A stretch of 64,000 bases of DNA from Candidatus Poseidoniales archaeon (GCA_038146705.1 JAYQSB010000001.1:7166-71165); one strand, 5' to 3'. Positions 25,806 to 35,989 are shown, counted from the first letter of the stretch. A program made the numbers and translations. Notes: generated from the letters alone by a model not told the origin.

Positions 25806-27617
25806 TCAATCCGTTGTTTTTCTCTGCCATCGTGAAATAAAGAAACCAGCCAAAACCAGAACGAGTATCGATGGAGCAAAAGAAGGTACAGAGCCAGGAT
25901 TATTGATTGAGGCTCCTGTAACGACGAGATAGTGGTAGTTGTTTGCTTCATTGAATTCATCTATCACGTTCACGTGGTCAATCGTTAGCCGCAGGTCAAA
26001 CTGTCCGGTGTTTGGAACCGTGTAATTCCAAATCAGTGTGACATTGCCTGCTTCTTGACCACTAACGGTAACTGAACGAGTTTCGAGCACAGTCCACGAA
26101 ACAGAAGCTGATCTGTCCGCTGGAGCAGATTCAAGTCGAACCATGACCGTTCCACCAAATTGTTTGTTGTGTTCAAGGACACTTGTAATCGTGATATTTC
26201 CTGAGCGTTCGCCCGGCCGAACAATAATTCTGTCAATGTTTGTCTCCGACAAATTCCATGAGAAATCAATGGATGGGAGAATTTGGAAGGCCGAAGATTC
26301 TGTGGTGAATGAATTTGATGCATTATCAAATATCACTGCTCGGACCATCAGGTATTGGCGTGATTTTGAAGCCCAGTTTGATAATCCTACTTGAGCATCA
26401 AGACCATTTGTTCCGACTGTAATCCATCGTCCAGATAAATCAGGAACATCACCGACACCGTTCCTGTCAAAGCCGTATTGAATGTAACTCGATGAATCAT
26501 CGATGCCCGAGAAAGCATCAAATGCGACTGCGCTCACATTCGCCAGTCCTTGACGGTCAGTTTCTAGCGGGTCAACAATCCATTCGTCGAATTCTGGTGC
26601 AGAAGTATCAACGTTAATGGAAATGAGTTGTTCAATACCAACATTGCCAACCCGGTCCACAGCTCGAATCGAGATGTTCGTTGTACCTTCTTCAAAAGTC
26701 AATGTCACAGAATCACTTGTCGTTTGCGTCCACATCGAATCTGTTGGAAGTTTGTATTCGACATATGATACCCCAGAACCAGTTCCGTCAGAGATTGCAG
26801 TTTGCAATCCTGAAATAGTGATTGATTCAGAGTTTTGCCAACTGGAACCGGAACCGATTGTTAACGTGCCAATGGTTGGTGGAGTTCGATCGATGCCGAT
26901 GTAAATCACTTCGGTCGTCGTGTAGCCTGAATAATCGTAAACGGTGAGTCGAGGGCTCCAAATTCCTTCACTCATTGCCCCGCTCGCCCATGTCCATCCA
27001 TAATTTATGCTTGAAGGACCATCAGTTGAGGGCGTGCCCGGACCTGGTACCGCAGTGAGCGTGGCTTGTTTGAGGTCGTCATCCGAAGCCTGCCACGAAA
27101 AACTGATGCTACCGTTTGCCTCAATATTGTACCATGCTCGGTCAGTGCTTGATTCACCAGTTCCGTAGGATGGATTGAGTGCTTCAAATTGAGTGATAAT
27201 TGGAACTTGATTGACGATTGAAAACGTTTCACTGAATGCAACAACAGAATCACTTACATCACTGTCCCAAAGCGTTGCTCTCAACACATACGTATCATTG
27301 GCATGCAAAGTTGAATCAAAATATGTAATCCAAGGTGATGATGTGATGTTTTTCACAGTTGTAAAAGATGCATTGTCATCAGATATTTCAACAAGAATTG
27401 ATGCGGCTGTGCCGGTTCCACTCACTGTAAAAGACAGAACCATCGAGCCAGTTACTTCTTCATCTGCCTCAGGTGCACTGTTGAATGCCAAATCAAGACT
27501 TGAAGACGTAGGACGAACCTCGCCATCACCGAGATATTGCATTTCATTTGGGAGGGTGCTGGCAAATGTCGTGATGAGCAATAGCAGGACCAAATGCATG
27601 GACACATACCGGCTCAT
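25806..27617 (-). CDS. Secreted, C-terminally anchored surface protein (Ig-like/CARDB-like modules)
   Basis: Signal peptide MSRYVSMHLVLLLLITTFAS. CARDB-type end motif NVIDEFNEANNYHYLVV. C-terminal TM plus basic tail SILVLVLAGFFISRWQRKTTD. Confidence 0.75.
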   Translation of the reverse strand: MSRYVSMHLVLLLLITTFASTLPNEMQYLGDGEVRPTSSSLDLAFNSAPEADEEVTGSMVLSFTVSGTGTAASILVEISDDNASFTTVKNITSSPWITYFDSTLHANDTYVLRATLWDSDVSDSVVAFSETFSIVNQVPIITQFEALNPSYGTGESSTDRAWYNIEANGSISFSWQASDDDLKQATLTAVPGPGTPSTDGPSSINYGWTWASGAMSEGIWSPRLTVYDYSGYTTTEVIYIGIDRTPPTIGTLTIGSGSSWQNSESITISGLQTAISDGTGSGVSYVEYKLPTDSMWTQTTSDSVTLTFEEGTTNISIRAVDRVGNVGIEQLISINVDTSAPEFDEWIVDPLETDRQGLANVSAVAFDAFSGIDDSSSYIQYGFDRNGVGDVPDLSGRWITVGTNGLDAQVGLSNWASKSRQYLMVRAVIFDNASNSFTTESSAFQILPSIDFSWNLSETNIDRIIVRPGERSGNITITSVLEHNKQFGGTVMVRLESAPADRSASVSWTVLETRSVTVSGQEAGNVTLIWNYTVPNTGQFDLRLTIDHVNVIDEFNEANNYHYLVVTGASINNPGSVPSFAPSILVLVLAGFFISRWQRKTTD

Positions 27618-27754
27618 GGTTGAGGAGACGACACATTCTCCTTGAATTCTCCCCTTGTTTTTGTCACCTAGATTGCAATAAAACCCCTCCCATTATTGTT
27701 TGAATGAGAAAATGAAGAGATGGGTTCAAGTGCTTTGCATGGTTTAGACGCATC

Positions 27755-30535
27755 ATGCAGCAGAAGAGAGGAGTGCTTCTTGCATGTTTATTCCTACTCC
27801 CACTTCTCGTCCATACGAGTTCAGCCGAATCAAGTGGAAACATTGAATCATCATCTGCACAACTTGACATGACGCCAAATCAACCTGTTGTCGGCGGTGA
27901 GGCGACCTTTTCCATCATCCTCACAAACGTTGGGACCGTCGATGTTTTTGGTGTTGATTATGCATTCCACCAGAGTGACAAAAATGGAAATTTACTAGGG
28001 GGCAATGTCATTGATATTCAGGCAGGGGCTTCAGAAATCGTCAGTGCATCATGGTCTAATCTCCTCGAAGGCGAACAACGACTTTGGTTCCGATTCACCG
28101 ATGCTGGGTCGAGCGATGCTTGGTTTTACTATGATTTCAATGTCTTAGGCTTACCAACACTACGAGTAATGGACATCCAAACCACACCGTCTGAATCAAT
28201 TCGTGCTGGAGATTCGATTGAGGTCGCAATGCGAGTCAAAAATACGGGTACAATCGATGCGGAGCAAAGCACCCTCCTCCTCCAAGTACCCGACCAGACA
28301 GACCAGTATCTTTCGACACCCGCACTAGCCGCAGGTGAAGATACGTGGCTCAATGTCTCTACGATTGCACCACAAACCGGAACTCATGAGATCATTGCAA
28401 CTCCAGATATTAACAACGATATCGAGGAGGGTTCAGAAACAAACAAAGCAAAAACACTCCAAATCACAGTCGTTCCTCACATGGATTTATACTTCAAAGA
28501 TGGTATTTCAATTACAACCGTTGGCAATGTTTTCGAGGGACCATGGAGTGTTTCTGGAACGTTGGTTCGGAGTAATGGTGAGGGAACAACCACAGTTTCA
28601 CTTCAACTCGAAATACCAAATCCAACAGGCGGTACACTTAGGACGAATCATTTCCAGGTCACTTTGTCAGGTGGCACGTTGGTTGAGCAATCGTTCACGA
28701 ACGAATTCTCGCTCGATTCACTTCCTCCGGGCCAACATCTTGTAACTGCAAAAATCAATTCAATCAATGATGCAGGAATTGTACAAGAACGAACGGATAA
28801 TGATATGACGACAACGACATTGAACATCAGTGAAGTCCCAGATGTTGTCTTGGACCCTCCAATTGCAAATCTAACCTCAGTTGACGCAGGTGAAAGTGTA
28901 TCTTGGTTGATGACGATCACAAACAATGGTGATTTAGATGTGAGCGGCTTTTTGTATTACAAATTCGATGACGGCCCTGTCCTTTCGATTCGTATTGCAC
29001 CATTTGATGCTGGAAAAACAGAATTCATTGAAGTTGAATTAAATGCTGGCTTAGGGCAGCATATTGCAGTCTTCAACGCTTCATGGGTTGCAGACCAAGA
29101 CAGTTTTGATGCAGATTTGTCCAACTCTGTATCAACAGGATCAATCAATGTCAATTCCCCATTGAAACTCAAATGGGATTACGCCTCATTGCAAGTTCTC
29201 GACGAAGAAGGAGAAAATGCAACATTCCCTCTCAGGCATGGAAATATGTATACTCTTTCAATCGATGTAACAGCAACATCGTCAACGGGTCCAATCAACA
29301 TGACATGCATCGATGAACAAGGTGACACAGATGTTATCGTTTCACTTTCGATTGACGAAGAAAGAGAACGAAAAAATATCCAATGTCAATTTATGGCATT
29401 AGCCTCAATTTCAAACATTAAACTCATTCCTGACAACACCAATGCCATTGATTCTCTTTCAAGATCTTACCAAACCATTAACCCAAATGGAAACAATGCA
29501 GCAGGTGATGCATCTTCCTCTGGAACTGCGACAATCCTAGGATTCAGTGCATTGGCTCTCGTCGGTATACTCATTGCAGCATTTTTGCTCACTCGTGAGA
29601 GAGAAGAAGAAGTTGAGCGCGACATTTTTGATTATTGTCCTGCTTGTGATGGAGAACTAGAAGGCGGCGAAGACCGTTGTCCACATTGTTCATTTAATTT
29701 GAAGAAAGCAAGGAATCAATTTCACGATTGTCATGAATGCGGTGAGTCGATCCCCGATCTTATCGAGAATTGTGCATATTGTGGAGCCATTCAAGATGTC
29801 GCCTCATTCTTTGAACGCCGCGAACGAAGAGAACCAAAGGCTCCAAAAACATTCATCGCACTACCAGAAGATGAAGAAGACGACGAAGATGAAATCGTTA
29901 CAGGTCAAGAAAACTTCGATGAAACAATTCGAGAATTCGGATTTGATGAAGAGCAACTTGAGGAAGAATGGGATGAAAACATTGAAGCTGCTGAAGCAGA
30001 AGTTGAAGCTGCATACGACCGAAGATACGCAGATGTGATTGCTGAAGAAGAAATGACTGAAGAAGAACTTGAAGCATACAAATCTCAAGTGACCACAACT
30101 ATTCGGAAATCGTCCTCCGCAGACCATGACATTGATGCGATTATCAGAGGTAAGAAATCGATGAAGGCTGTTAAGGAAGACGATTCAGAACTCTCTGCCT
30201 CTGATGCTGATATCCGAGAACAACTCTTCGAAATTACCGGTGAAGAAGGTGTACTGCCAGGTGAGAAAGTGCAAGTAGGCATGCAAATCAGTGATTCTTC
30301 TCTCGCAGGAAATGAAGTTCAAGAAGCATCAATGGACTTTACAATTGAAGAAGATGATCTTCCTATGCCCAAACCCGATGAGGATATTGATGACGAATTA
30401 ACACCAAAGCGAAATCGCCCCAACCGAAGAAGGCCTGCTCAACGAAAGAAAGCGACAGCTGAATGTGGTGCATGTGGTGCTGAGATCGATGCAAATTCGA
30501 ATGAATGCAGCGTTTGTGGTGCTCAGTTTGAGTGA
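27755..30535 (+). CDS. Type I membrane surface protein: CARDB-like ectodomain, TM helix, acidic cytoplasmic tail with three zinc ribbons
   Basis: Signal peptide GVLLACLFLLPLLVHTSSA. Modules with LTNVGTVDV, VKNTGTIDA and ITNNGDLDV. TM TATILGFSALALVGILIAAFLLT. Cys pairs CPACDG..CPHC, CHECGE..CAYCG and CGACGAEIDANSNECSVCG. Confidence 0.8.
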   Translation: MQQKRGVLLACLFLLPLLVHTSSAESSGNIESSSAQLDMTPNQPVVGGEATFSIILTNVGTVDVFGVDYAFHQSDKNGNLLGGNVIDIQAGASEIVSASWSNLLEGEQRLWFRFTDAGSSDAWFYYDFNVLGLPTLRVMDIQTTPSESIRAGDSIEVAMRVKNTGTIDAEQSTLLLQVPDQTDQYLSTPALAAGEDTWLNVSTIAPQTGTHEIIATPDINNDIEEGSETNKAKTLQITVVPHMDLYFKDGISITTVGNVFEGPWSVSGTLVRSNGEGTTTVSLQLEIPNPTGGTLRTNHFQVTLSGGTLVEQSFTNEFSLDSLPPGQHLVTAKINSINDAGIVQERTDNDMTTTTLNISEVPDVVLDPPIANLTSVDAGESVSWLMTITNNGDLDVSGFLYYKFDDGPVLSIRIAPFDAGKTEFIEVELNAGLGQHIAVFNASWVADQDSFDADLSNSVSTGSINVNSPLKLKWDYASLQVLDEEGENATFPLRHGNMYTLSIDVTATSSTGPINMTCIDEQGDTDVIVSLSIDEERERKNIQCQFMALASISNIKLIPDNTNAIDSLSRSYQTINPNGNNAAGDASSSGTATILGFSALALVGILIAAFLLTREREEEVERDIFDYCPACDGELEGGEDRCPHCSFNLKKARNQFHDCHECGESIPDLIENCAYCGAIQDVASFFERRERREPKAPKTFIALPEDEEDDEDEIVTGQENFDETIREFGFDEEQLEEEWDENIEAAEAEVEAAYDRRYADVIAEEEMTEEELEAYKSQVTTTIRKSSSADHDIDAIIRGKKSMKAVKEDDSELSASDADIREQLFEITGEEGVLPGEKVQVGMQISDSSLAGNEVQEASMDFTIEEDDLPMPKPDEDIDDELTPKRNRPNRRRPAQRKKATAECGACGAEIDANSNECSVCGAQFE

Positions 30536-30683
30536 AGGTGCCTGTCAGCATTCATAGGGTTCGTCACAGCCGAGGCTCGGTTTCCATTAGCGTCATCCAG
30601 GCAAGCCTAGCGACAACCTTCAGTTGTATCAATACAGCGATGACAGCCCAAGAGATTGATAAAACTCGAGTTCATGGACCATC

Positions 30684-31217
30684 ATGGTGCGAAGAATTAC
30701 AATCATCGCAGCCATGTTAATGCTCACGACCTCAATGCTAAGCGGGTGCATGGGCCTTATTCTCGCACGAGAGTCAATCGAAGAACTCAGAGAACCAGCA
30801 ATTCCGAGCATACGATATGAAAAAATATCGATCTCACAAGTATGGGATACTATAGAAGCACAACCATTTTCTTCAAGGCAGACATTCATTGTTGATGACT
30901 CGACCAACCGCATCAGCATCTATCTAAAAGTGAATTTCAACGCTCCACCGCTCTTGAATCAGACCCAATTTGTACGGGCTTCTCTCACGGATGCGGAAGG
31001 CGTTGTTCAATGGCAAGAAGATGTAAGTTCAGATTATGAGCCAACAGAAAAGCAACTTTTACCAGCACCCTCGTTCGCGATGGGCGAATGGGTACTTAAT
31101 GTTGAAGCACGTGGATATGGAGAGAGTTTTGTCAACCAAATCAAAGACGAATTCAGTTTACGTGTTACTATTGAAAAATCATGTATTCAATATCCACTTG
31201 AGGAGAGTTGCTTCTAA
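30684..31217 (+). CDS. Putative lipoprotein, unknown function
   Basis: N-terminal MVRRITIIAAMLMLTTSMLSGC contains a lipobox-like LSGC. Confidence 0.55.
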   Translation: MVRRITIIAAMLMLTTSMLSGCMGLILARESIEELREPAIPSIRYEKISISQVWDTIEAQPFSSRQTFIVDDSTNRISIYLKVNFNAPPLLNQTQFVRASLTDAEGVVQWQEDVSSDYEPTEKQLLPAPSFAMGEWVLNVEARGYGESFVNQIKDEFSLRVTIEKSCIQYPLEESCF

Positions 31218-32392
31218 ACAAGTCGCTCAGGACAAGCATGTGCCCTTGAACAATTTTTACATTTACCTATACGCTCATGATTTCTATGGGTTTCACCAGA
31301 CACCATGGCTTGATGAATCTCTTTGATTCGAGTTTCAAGCAGTTGTCTGTTTTCATTGTTCCATAAGACCTTGAACACTTTTTCATTGCCATAATTAATC
31401 ACACCATAGGATGGAGTATGGCCAGTTGAACTTTCCACGAGTTTGAGATACGATAGAACTTGGAGTTTGTGGCTATCGTGAGGGAATCTTGGTGGCTTCC
31501 CAGATTTTTGTTCAACTGGAATAAATTCTTGGTCGATAATGACAATTTGATTGGGCCGCCCACGCAAGCCAGATTCGCGGTCAATGAGTAATGCTTCTTT
31601 CGTATGTTCAGAATCTGCATAGACGACTTGCGTTCCTAAATCGATGCCAATGACGGTGCTCAATTTGATCATCTGTTCGTGAGCGACTAATGCTTTTTTG
31701 AGACGATGCGTAGCAAATAAAGTCCAAAGGAGCGCTGTGATGGTGAGAATGAATGCAGCTTTTTCTCTATCGTCAGCCCATTGTAACGCAATCGAATGTA
31801 GTGCTAAGATGATAGCACCAAAGAGCAATGTCGATTCGATTCTTCCTCCTTCAAACCAACCCCCAATGAAATCAGGTGGTTCAAAAATTGGTTCGATGAC
31901 AGCCGGGTTATCATTCTTCGACTTCTCTAGATCAATCCAACTTCGCCAAGGTAAAAGGATTGTTAGTATGGCGAGTATCAGTGAACTGAGTGCCCATAGT
32001 GCGAGATATCTAGTCACTTCGTTTGTTTTTGCTTGAAAATTTTCAATATTGAGAAAAACAAATCCATCGATACAAAGAATGACGACAACCCCAACCCACC
32101 ATGTCCAAATCTCAAGATTTCTCCGCTCACGAAGTTGGTTTTCTGTGAGTTCCAAAGCCGCTTTTGAAATTTCTTCGTTTCGTTCAACACCCTCAGTCAA
32201 TGGTGTTCCTTCTCCGATGATTCCACTTTTTGACAGTGCCCATGATAATGGGCAATATGTGAACTTCTCCACATCGCTTGCACTGACTTCAAGAACTTCT
32301 CCCGAATCTGTTTGGAAATATCCAGCCTCATTTGGAGATGCTTCACTTATCTGATAGACCACGGCCAAGCAAGCATCCCCCCAAGTTTTCAT
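31214..32392 (-). CDS. Cas4/DUF83-like PD-(D/E)XK nuclease with four inserted transmembrane helices and a 4-Cys Fe-S signature
   Basis: N-terminal SASDVEKFTYCPLSWAL (Cys47). Core LRGRPNQIVIIDQEFIPVEQKSGK and QVLSY. C-terminal CKNCSRAHAC (C-x2-C-x5-C). Four hydrophobic helices between aa 95 and 230. Confidence 0.65.
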   Translation of the reverse strand: MKTWGDACLAVVYQISEASPNEAGYFQTDSGEVLEVSASDVEKFTYCPLSWALSKSGIIGEGTPLTEGVERNEEISKAALELTENQLRERRNLEIWTWWVGVVVILCIDGFVFLNIENFQAKTNEVTRYLALWALSSLILAILTILLPWRSWIDLEKSKNDNPAVIEPIFEPPDFIGGWFEGGRIESTLLFGAIILALHSIALQWADDREKAAFILTITALLWTLFATHRLKKALVAHEQMIKLSTVIGIDLGTQVVYADSEHTKEALLIDRESGLRGRPNQIVIIDQEFIPVEQKSGKPPRFPHDSHKLQVLSYLKLVESSTGHTPSYGVINYGNEKVFKVLWNNENRQLLETRIKEIHQAMVSGETHRNHERIGKCKNCSRAHACPERLV

Positions 32393-32499
32393 GCCAACTT
32401 ATGAAACATAAATCTGCTTGCATCAAAATGCATTAACGATTTCATCCTGCGAAGTGGTTTAATAGGGGCTGCTGGTGGCTCAAACCCCGAGGATTACAC

Positions 32500-33108
32500 A
32501 TGAGTGAAGAAACCGAGTTGCTAATCGCACCCGACCTCTATGAAGAAAACGCAGTGAATATTGGTACTCAGCAAAAGAGTGCTGACATGCAACGATTTAT
32601 CGAAAGAGTGCGAGAAGACGGATTGTACATGCTCGATGTCAACATGACAGACCACCGAATTCGTTCGATTGCTGCTATGCTCAACACATACGACCCCCCT
32701 TCAATCATGGTCGTCTCTGCTCGTCAATATGGACAACGACCCGCTCGAATGTTTGCCGAAGCAATTGGAGCACACGCCTCAGTTGGACGATTTATCCCTG
32801 GGTCGCTCACCAACCCATCGCTTCGTTCATATGTCGAACCAGATATTTTGTTTGTCACTGACCCTGCAGCTGACCAACAAGCGCTGATTGAAGCAGTCAA
32901 CTCGGGCCTTCCTATTGTAGGCATTGTTGATGCAAACAACAACTTGAGAAATGTTGATGTTGCTCTCCCTGCAAACAACAAAGGCCGACGCTCTCTTGCA
33001 CTTGTGTACTACTTGCTCGCACGTGAAGTTTTGAAAATCCGTGGTGCTACCACCGATGAACAATGGGCTTCTGAACAAGATCTCGATGAGTGGCTTTCGA
33101 CATTCTAG
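32500..33108 (+). CDS. rps2: 30S ribosomal protein uS2
   Basis: Motifs GRFIPGSLTNP, EPDILFVTDPAADQQALIEA and GLPIVGIVDANNNLRNVDVALPANNKGRRSLALVYYLLAREVL. Confidence 0.93.
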   Translation: MSEETELLIAPDLYEENAVNIGTQQKSADMQRFIERVREDGLYMLDVNMTDHRIRSIAAMLNTYDPPSIMVVSARQYGQRPARMFAEAIGAHASVGRFIPGSLTNPSLRSYVEPDILFVTDPAADQQALIEAVNSGLPIVGIVDANNNLRNVDVALPANNKGRRSLALVYYLLAREVLKIRGATTDEQWASEQDLDEWLSTF

Positions 33109-34136
33109 AGCGAAAAACCATCCTTGAGAAATCTGCTTATTTCTGCTGCCATTGATTCAGGCGTGGCTTGTTTGTGCATGATTGTTCTCACTTTTTTTGA
33201 CCCAGGTAATCCTTTGGTGAAGGCGACTGCATGACGTTGCATCCAACGAGGTTGAATACCGATTGTTTGATTTGCATACTCAATATATCGGTCCCAACAC
33301 CACTGTCGTGTTTTGAATTGCTGTCGTTCTTGACTCAACTCAAACCATTCTGGCTCATCTTGGACCCAAGGTAATTCTTCCTCCTTCATCCAACCAAGGC
33401 CGACTTTGATATCAGCAAACACTGAAGGCCTTCCAATAGCACCACGACCGACCATTAAGCCTGAGGCTTCAGTTTGTTCAAAGCATGCTGCTGCAGATGC
33501 AGCATCGACCACATCACCATTCGCAACCACTGGGACTTCAACTGCGTGAACGGCTTCTTCGATTGCTACCCAGTTTGCGTTTCCTTTGTAGCGTTGTTTT
33601 AGGGTTCTACCATGGATACACAATCGCTGTGCACCAACGTCTTGTAATCGCTGACAAATTTCGGTTGCATTATTTTTCTCTCTTCCTGTCCCCAATCGCA
33701 TCTTTGCCGTAACAGGAATTGAGACTGAATCGACAATTCTTGAAACCATTTCAACCAGTGTATCTGGTTCACCCATCAAAGCGGCCCCAGCACATATTTT
33801 GGTCACTTTTGGAGCTGGACAGCCGAAATTTAGGTCGATGATATCTGCACTTGATTCCAGCATTTGAGCTGCAGTGCTCATGTCATCGAAATCTCCCCCA
33901 AAAATTTGGGGAATGAATGGAATTTCACGTTCATCCGATTCCATTTTTCTCCACGAAACAGCTGCTTCGCGTGACAATGCTGTCGAATTCGTAAACTCAG
34001 TGATCGTCATATCCGCCCCGCAGTCTTTTGCGAGTAATCGAAATGGTAAATCAGAAACACCAGCCATCGGGGCAAGAAAAAGTGGTCGTGGCTCTCCAGC
34101 CCACGGCCCTAATTTTTTGGTGATAAATTGACTCAT
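33105..34136 (-). CDS. dus: tRNA-dihydrouridine synthase
   Basis: LAPMAGVSDLPFRLL, DLNFGCPAPKV and IHGRT motifs of the Dus/TIM-barrel flavoenzyme family. Confidence 0.88.
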   Translation of the reverse strand: MSQFITKKLGPWAGEPRPLFLAPMAGVSDLPFRLLAKDCGADMTITEFTNSTALSREAAVSWRKMESDEREIPFIPQIFGGDFDDMSTAAQMLESSADIIDLNFGCPAPKVTKICAGAALMGEPDTLVEMVSRIVDSVSIPVTAKMRLGTGREKNNATEICQRLQDVGAQRLCIHGRTLKQRYKGNANWVAIEEAVHAVEVPVVANGDVVDAASAAACFEQTEASGLMVGRGAIGRPSVFADIKVGLGWMKEEELPWVQDEPEWFELSQERQQFKTRQWCWDRYIEYANQTIGIQPRWMQRHAVAFTKGLPGSKKVRTIMHKQATPESMAAEISRFLKDGFSL

Positions 34137-35254
34137 GTAGGCTCCTCATCAAGAAGTAATTTGTCAAGATTCTTTGCGACTCGTTCAAACCTTGAAAACA
34201 GGCGTTCTAATCGCAACATGACCCGTTTTGTGATGTCTTTGGGTTCTGTACCTGCCAATCGGTATCCTAGCGGTAAACGTCCACCGAGTAAGTTGAGGAG
34301 CAACATTTGTTCCGATGCATCTGTACCACCGAGGATTGCTTCAACATCGCTGACGCTCAACGAATCCTTTTGCAGTTTATTCAGCAATTTATTCTGTTGG
34401 TCGTTGGAGAGGATGCGCTGAAATCCACCTTTTTTCAATAACCAATCCTCGCCTCTTTTCTGAAATTGACTTGTCATTGCAGACCATAGGGAAACTGGCA
34501 ATCGGTCTGTTCGAGCAACACGTTCGACCATGCCACTGCTTCGGAATCGTTCCATAATTCGCCCTAACCTTGCTTTTTGACCTCCGAACATTTCATGTGC
34601 TTCGTCGAGAGATATTGGCTCATTACGTTCAAGCATGCATCGAAATAGGGATGATGAAATGGACCCTTTCATCAATTCCTTACCTGGTCTCTCGCCGAGT
34701 AAGCCAAAGTCACCCATCCATTGACTCAGTTCATCTGCACCGGACTCGTTTGAAACTGGCCTCATATCACACAAACCTATGGAGAATAGGGCATGCTCTT
34801 CTTCGGGTAATTCTAGGGGAAGTGGTTGTGGCTGGCGTTTCCATAACACATCGAGTAAGGCAAGTCGTTGTTTGACCAAAATAGAACAATTTGAGACAAA
34901 AAATTCCAGTGCATTGACTAGACTTCCCCCCCTAACGTAATATTTTCTCCATCCTTTGTCTTCGGTACTGAAACCGATAATACCTGCTTCAACAAGTCGT
35001 TTAAGGTGGTGATTGAGTGAGGCTGATGTAAGTCCCAATTCATCAGCGAGAACCTGAGAATCCCAGCCTTTTTGCGGATATGCAAGGAGGTAATATTTGA
35101 GCATTCGATGTACTGGACCTGCTCTTCCTCTGTCAGAAGTTTCATCTCCACGTTTTCGAACAAGTGATAGTGTTTCAATAATCCAATCGATGAGTGCATC
35201 CGCATCATTGGTTTGAGCAGGGAGTGCGATTTCGGTTAACCGCAGAGAGAACAT
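34133..35254 (-). CDS. Winged-helix (ArsR-like) domain protein, unknown function
   Basis: wHTH segment LADELGLTSASLNHHLKRLVEAGIIGF. A second HTH-like region lies in the middle of the protein. ATGA overlap with the dus start indicates co-translation. Confidence 0.6.
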   Translation of the reverse strand: MFSLRLTEIALPAQTNDADALIDWIIETLSLVRKRGDETSDRGRAGPVHRMLKYYLLAYPQKGWDSQVLADELGLTSASLNHHLKRLVEAGIIGFSTEDKGWRKYYVRGGSLVNALEFFVSNCSILVKQRLALLDVLWKRQPQPLPLELPEEEHALFSIGLCDMRPVSNESGADELSQWMGDFGLLGERPGKELMKGSISSSLFRCMLERNEPISLDEAHEMFGGQKARLGRIMERFRSSGMVERVARTDRLPVSLWSAMTSQFQKRGEDWLLKKGGFQRILSNDQQNKLLNKLQKDSLSVSDVEAILGGTDASEQMLLLNLLGGRLPLGYRLAGTEPKDITKRVMLRLERLFSRFERVAKNLDKLLLDEEPT

Positions 35255-35311
35255 AGTCTTCTGTGTACATCAACAGTCTTTGAATTCTACGCATTAATTG
35301 CCGCTCAAGCG

Positions 35312-35989
35312 TTAGATTCTGTGACCTTCGTAGCGGTCGTCGTAGGCCTCATAATCAATTTGATTTTGACCAGTCCACCGGATTGAAAGATCGATATGAG
35401 GCATGACATCCAAAACATCTTCGTGGAGAATTCCTCGTCGTCGAAGGACTTTCACCGCTGAGTGAACGGTTGCCCTCGTCCGACCGAGGCGCCGTGCCAA
35501 CTGGGCTTGAGACTTTGGTACACCATCAATTTCAATACTTTCAAGAATTGATTTCTGCACCGTTGAGAGTCCAATTGGGAGGTATGTGGCTGCACGTTCC
35601 ACACCAACATGTGCTCCTCTTAATTCTTCGATTTGACTTGGCATTCCGGCGAAGTAGCAGGTTCTGCCGTTGACAGGGACAATGGTGATTGCTTTTTGTT
35701 GCTGTAGCACATCGAGATGATGACGTAATGTTCCATTTGCAGCATTGAGAACTGCTTGTAATTCACGATAACATAGCCCAGGATATTCATCTAATGTTCG
35801 TAAGATTCTCCGACGTTGAGGATGCTCTGAAGAAGGAAAGCGGGTCGAGATGCTTCCCATAGCCATTGCGCCGACTGCACCAGCGGCGGTGATGAAGCCG
35901 TTTGCTATATTGACAGCAGTACTCGTCGCTCCAGCAAAGCCAGCAGCCATCCAAGGCCTTTGTCTCATCCACTGGGAGAGAAGTGCCAT
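35312..35989 (-). CDS. Membrane-associated double wHTH transcriptional regulator-like protein
   Basis: Gly/Ala-rich N-terminal hydrophobic segment. wHTH 1: YRELQAVLNAANGTLRHHLDVLQQQKAI. wHTH 2: SQAQLARRLGRTRATVHSAVKVLRRRGIL. Confidence 0.6.
   Translation of the reverse strand: MALLSQWMRQRPWMAAGFAGATSTAVNIANGFITAAGAVGAMAMGSISTRFPSSEHPQRRRILRTLDEYPGLCYRELQAVLNAANGTLRHHLDVLQQQKAITIVPVNGRTCYFAGMPSQIEELRGAHVGVERAATYLPIGLSTVQKSILESIEIDGVPKSQAQLARRLGRTRATVHSAVKVLRRRGILHEDVLDVMPHIDLSIRWTGQNQIDYEAYDDRYEGHRI

Noticed and set aside
25806-25900. C-terminal hydrophobic-plus-basic tails of the surface proteins, considered as archaeosortase (PGF-CTERM-like) sorting signals.
   Set aside because: No PGF/PEF/VPxxxP-type tripeptide is clearly present; the sequence here reads PSFAPS. 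The tails look like plain TM anchors, and no archaeosortase gene lies in the window.
25781-25960. 60-aa N-terminal extension of the KH-protein ORF.
   Set aside because: It overlaps the C-terminal anchor region of the upstream same-strand surface-protein gene, which ends at 25806. The conserved KH protein sequence starts at MRQTLPRV.
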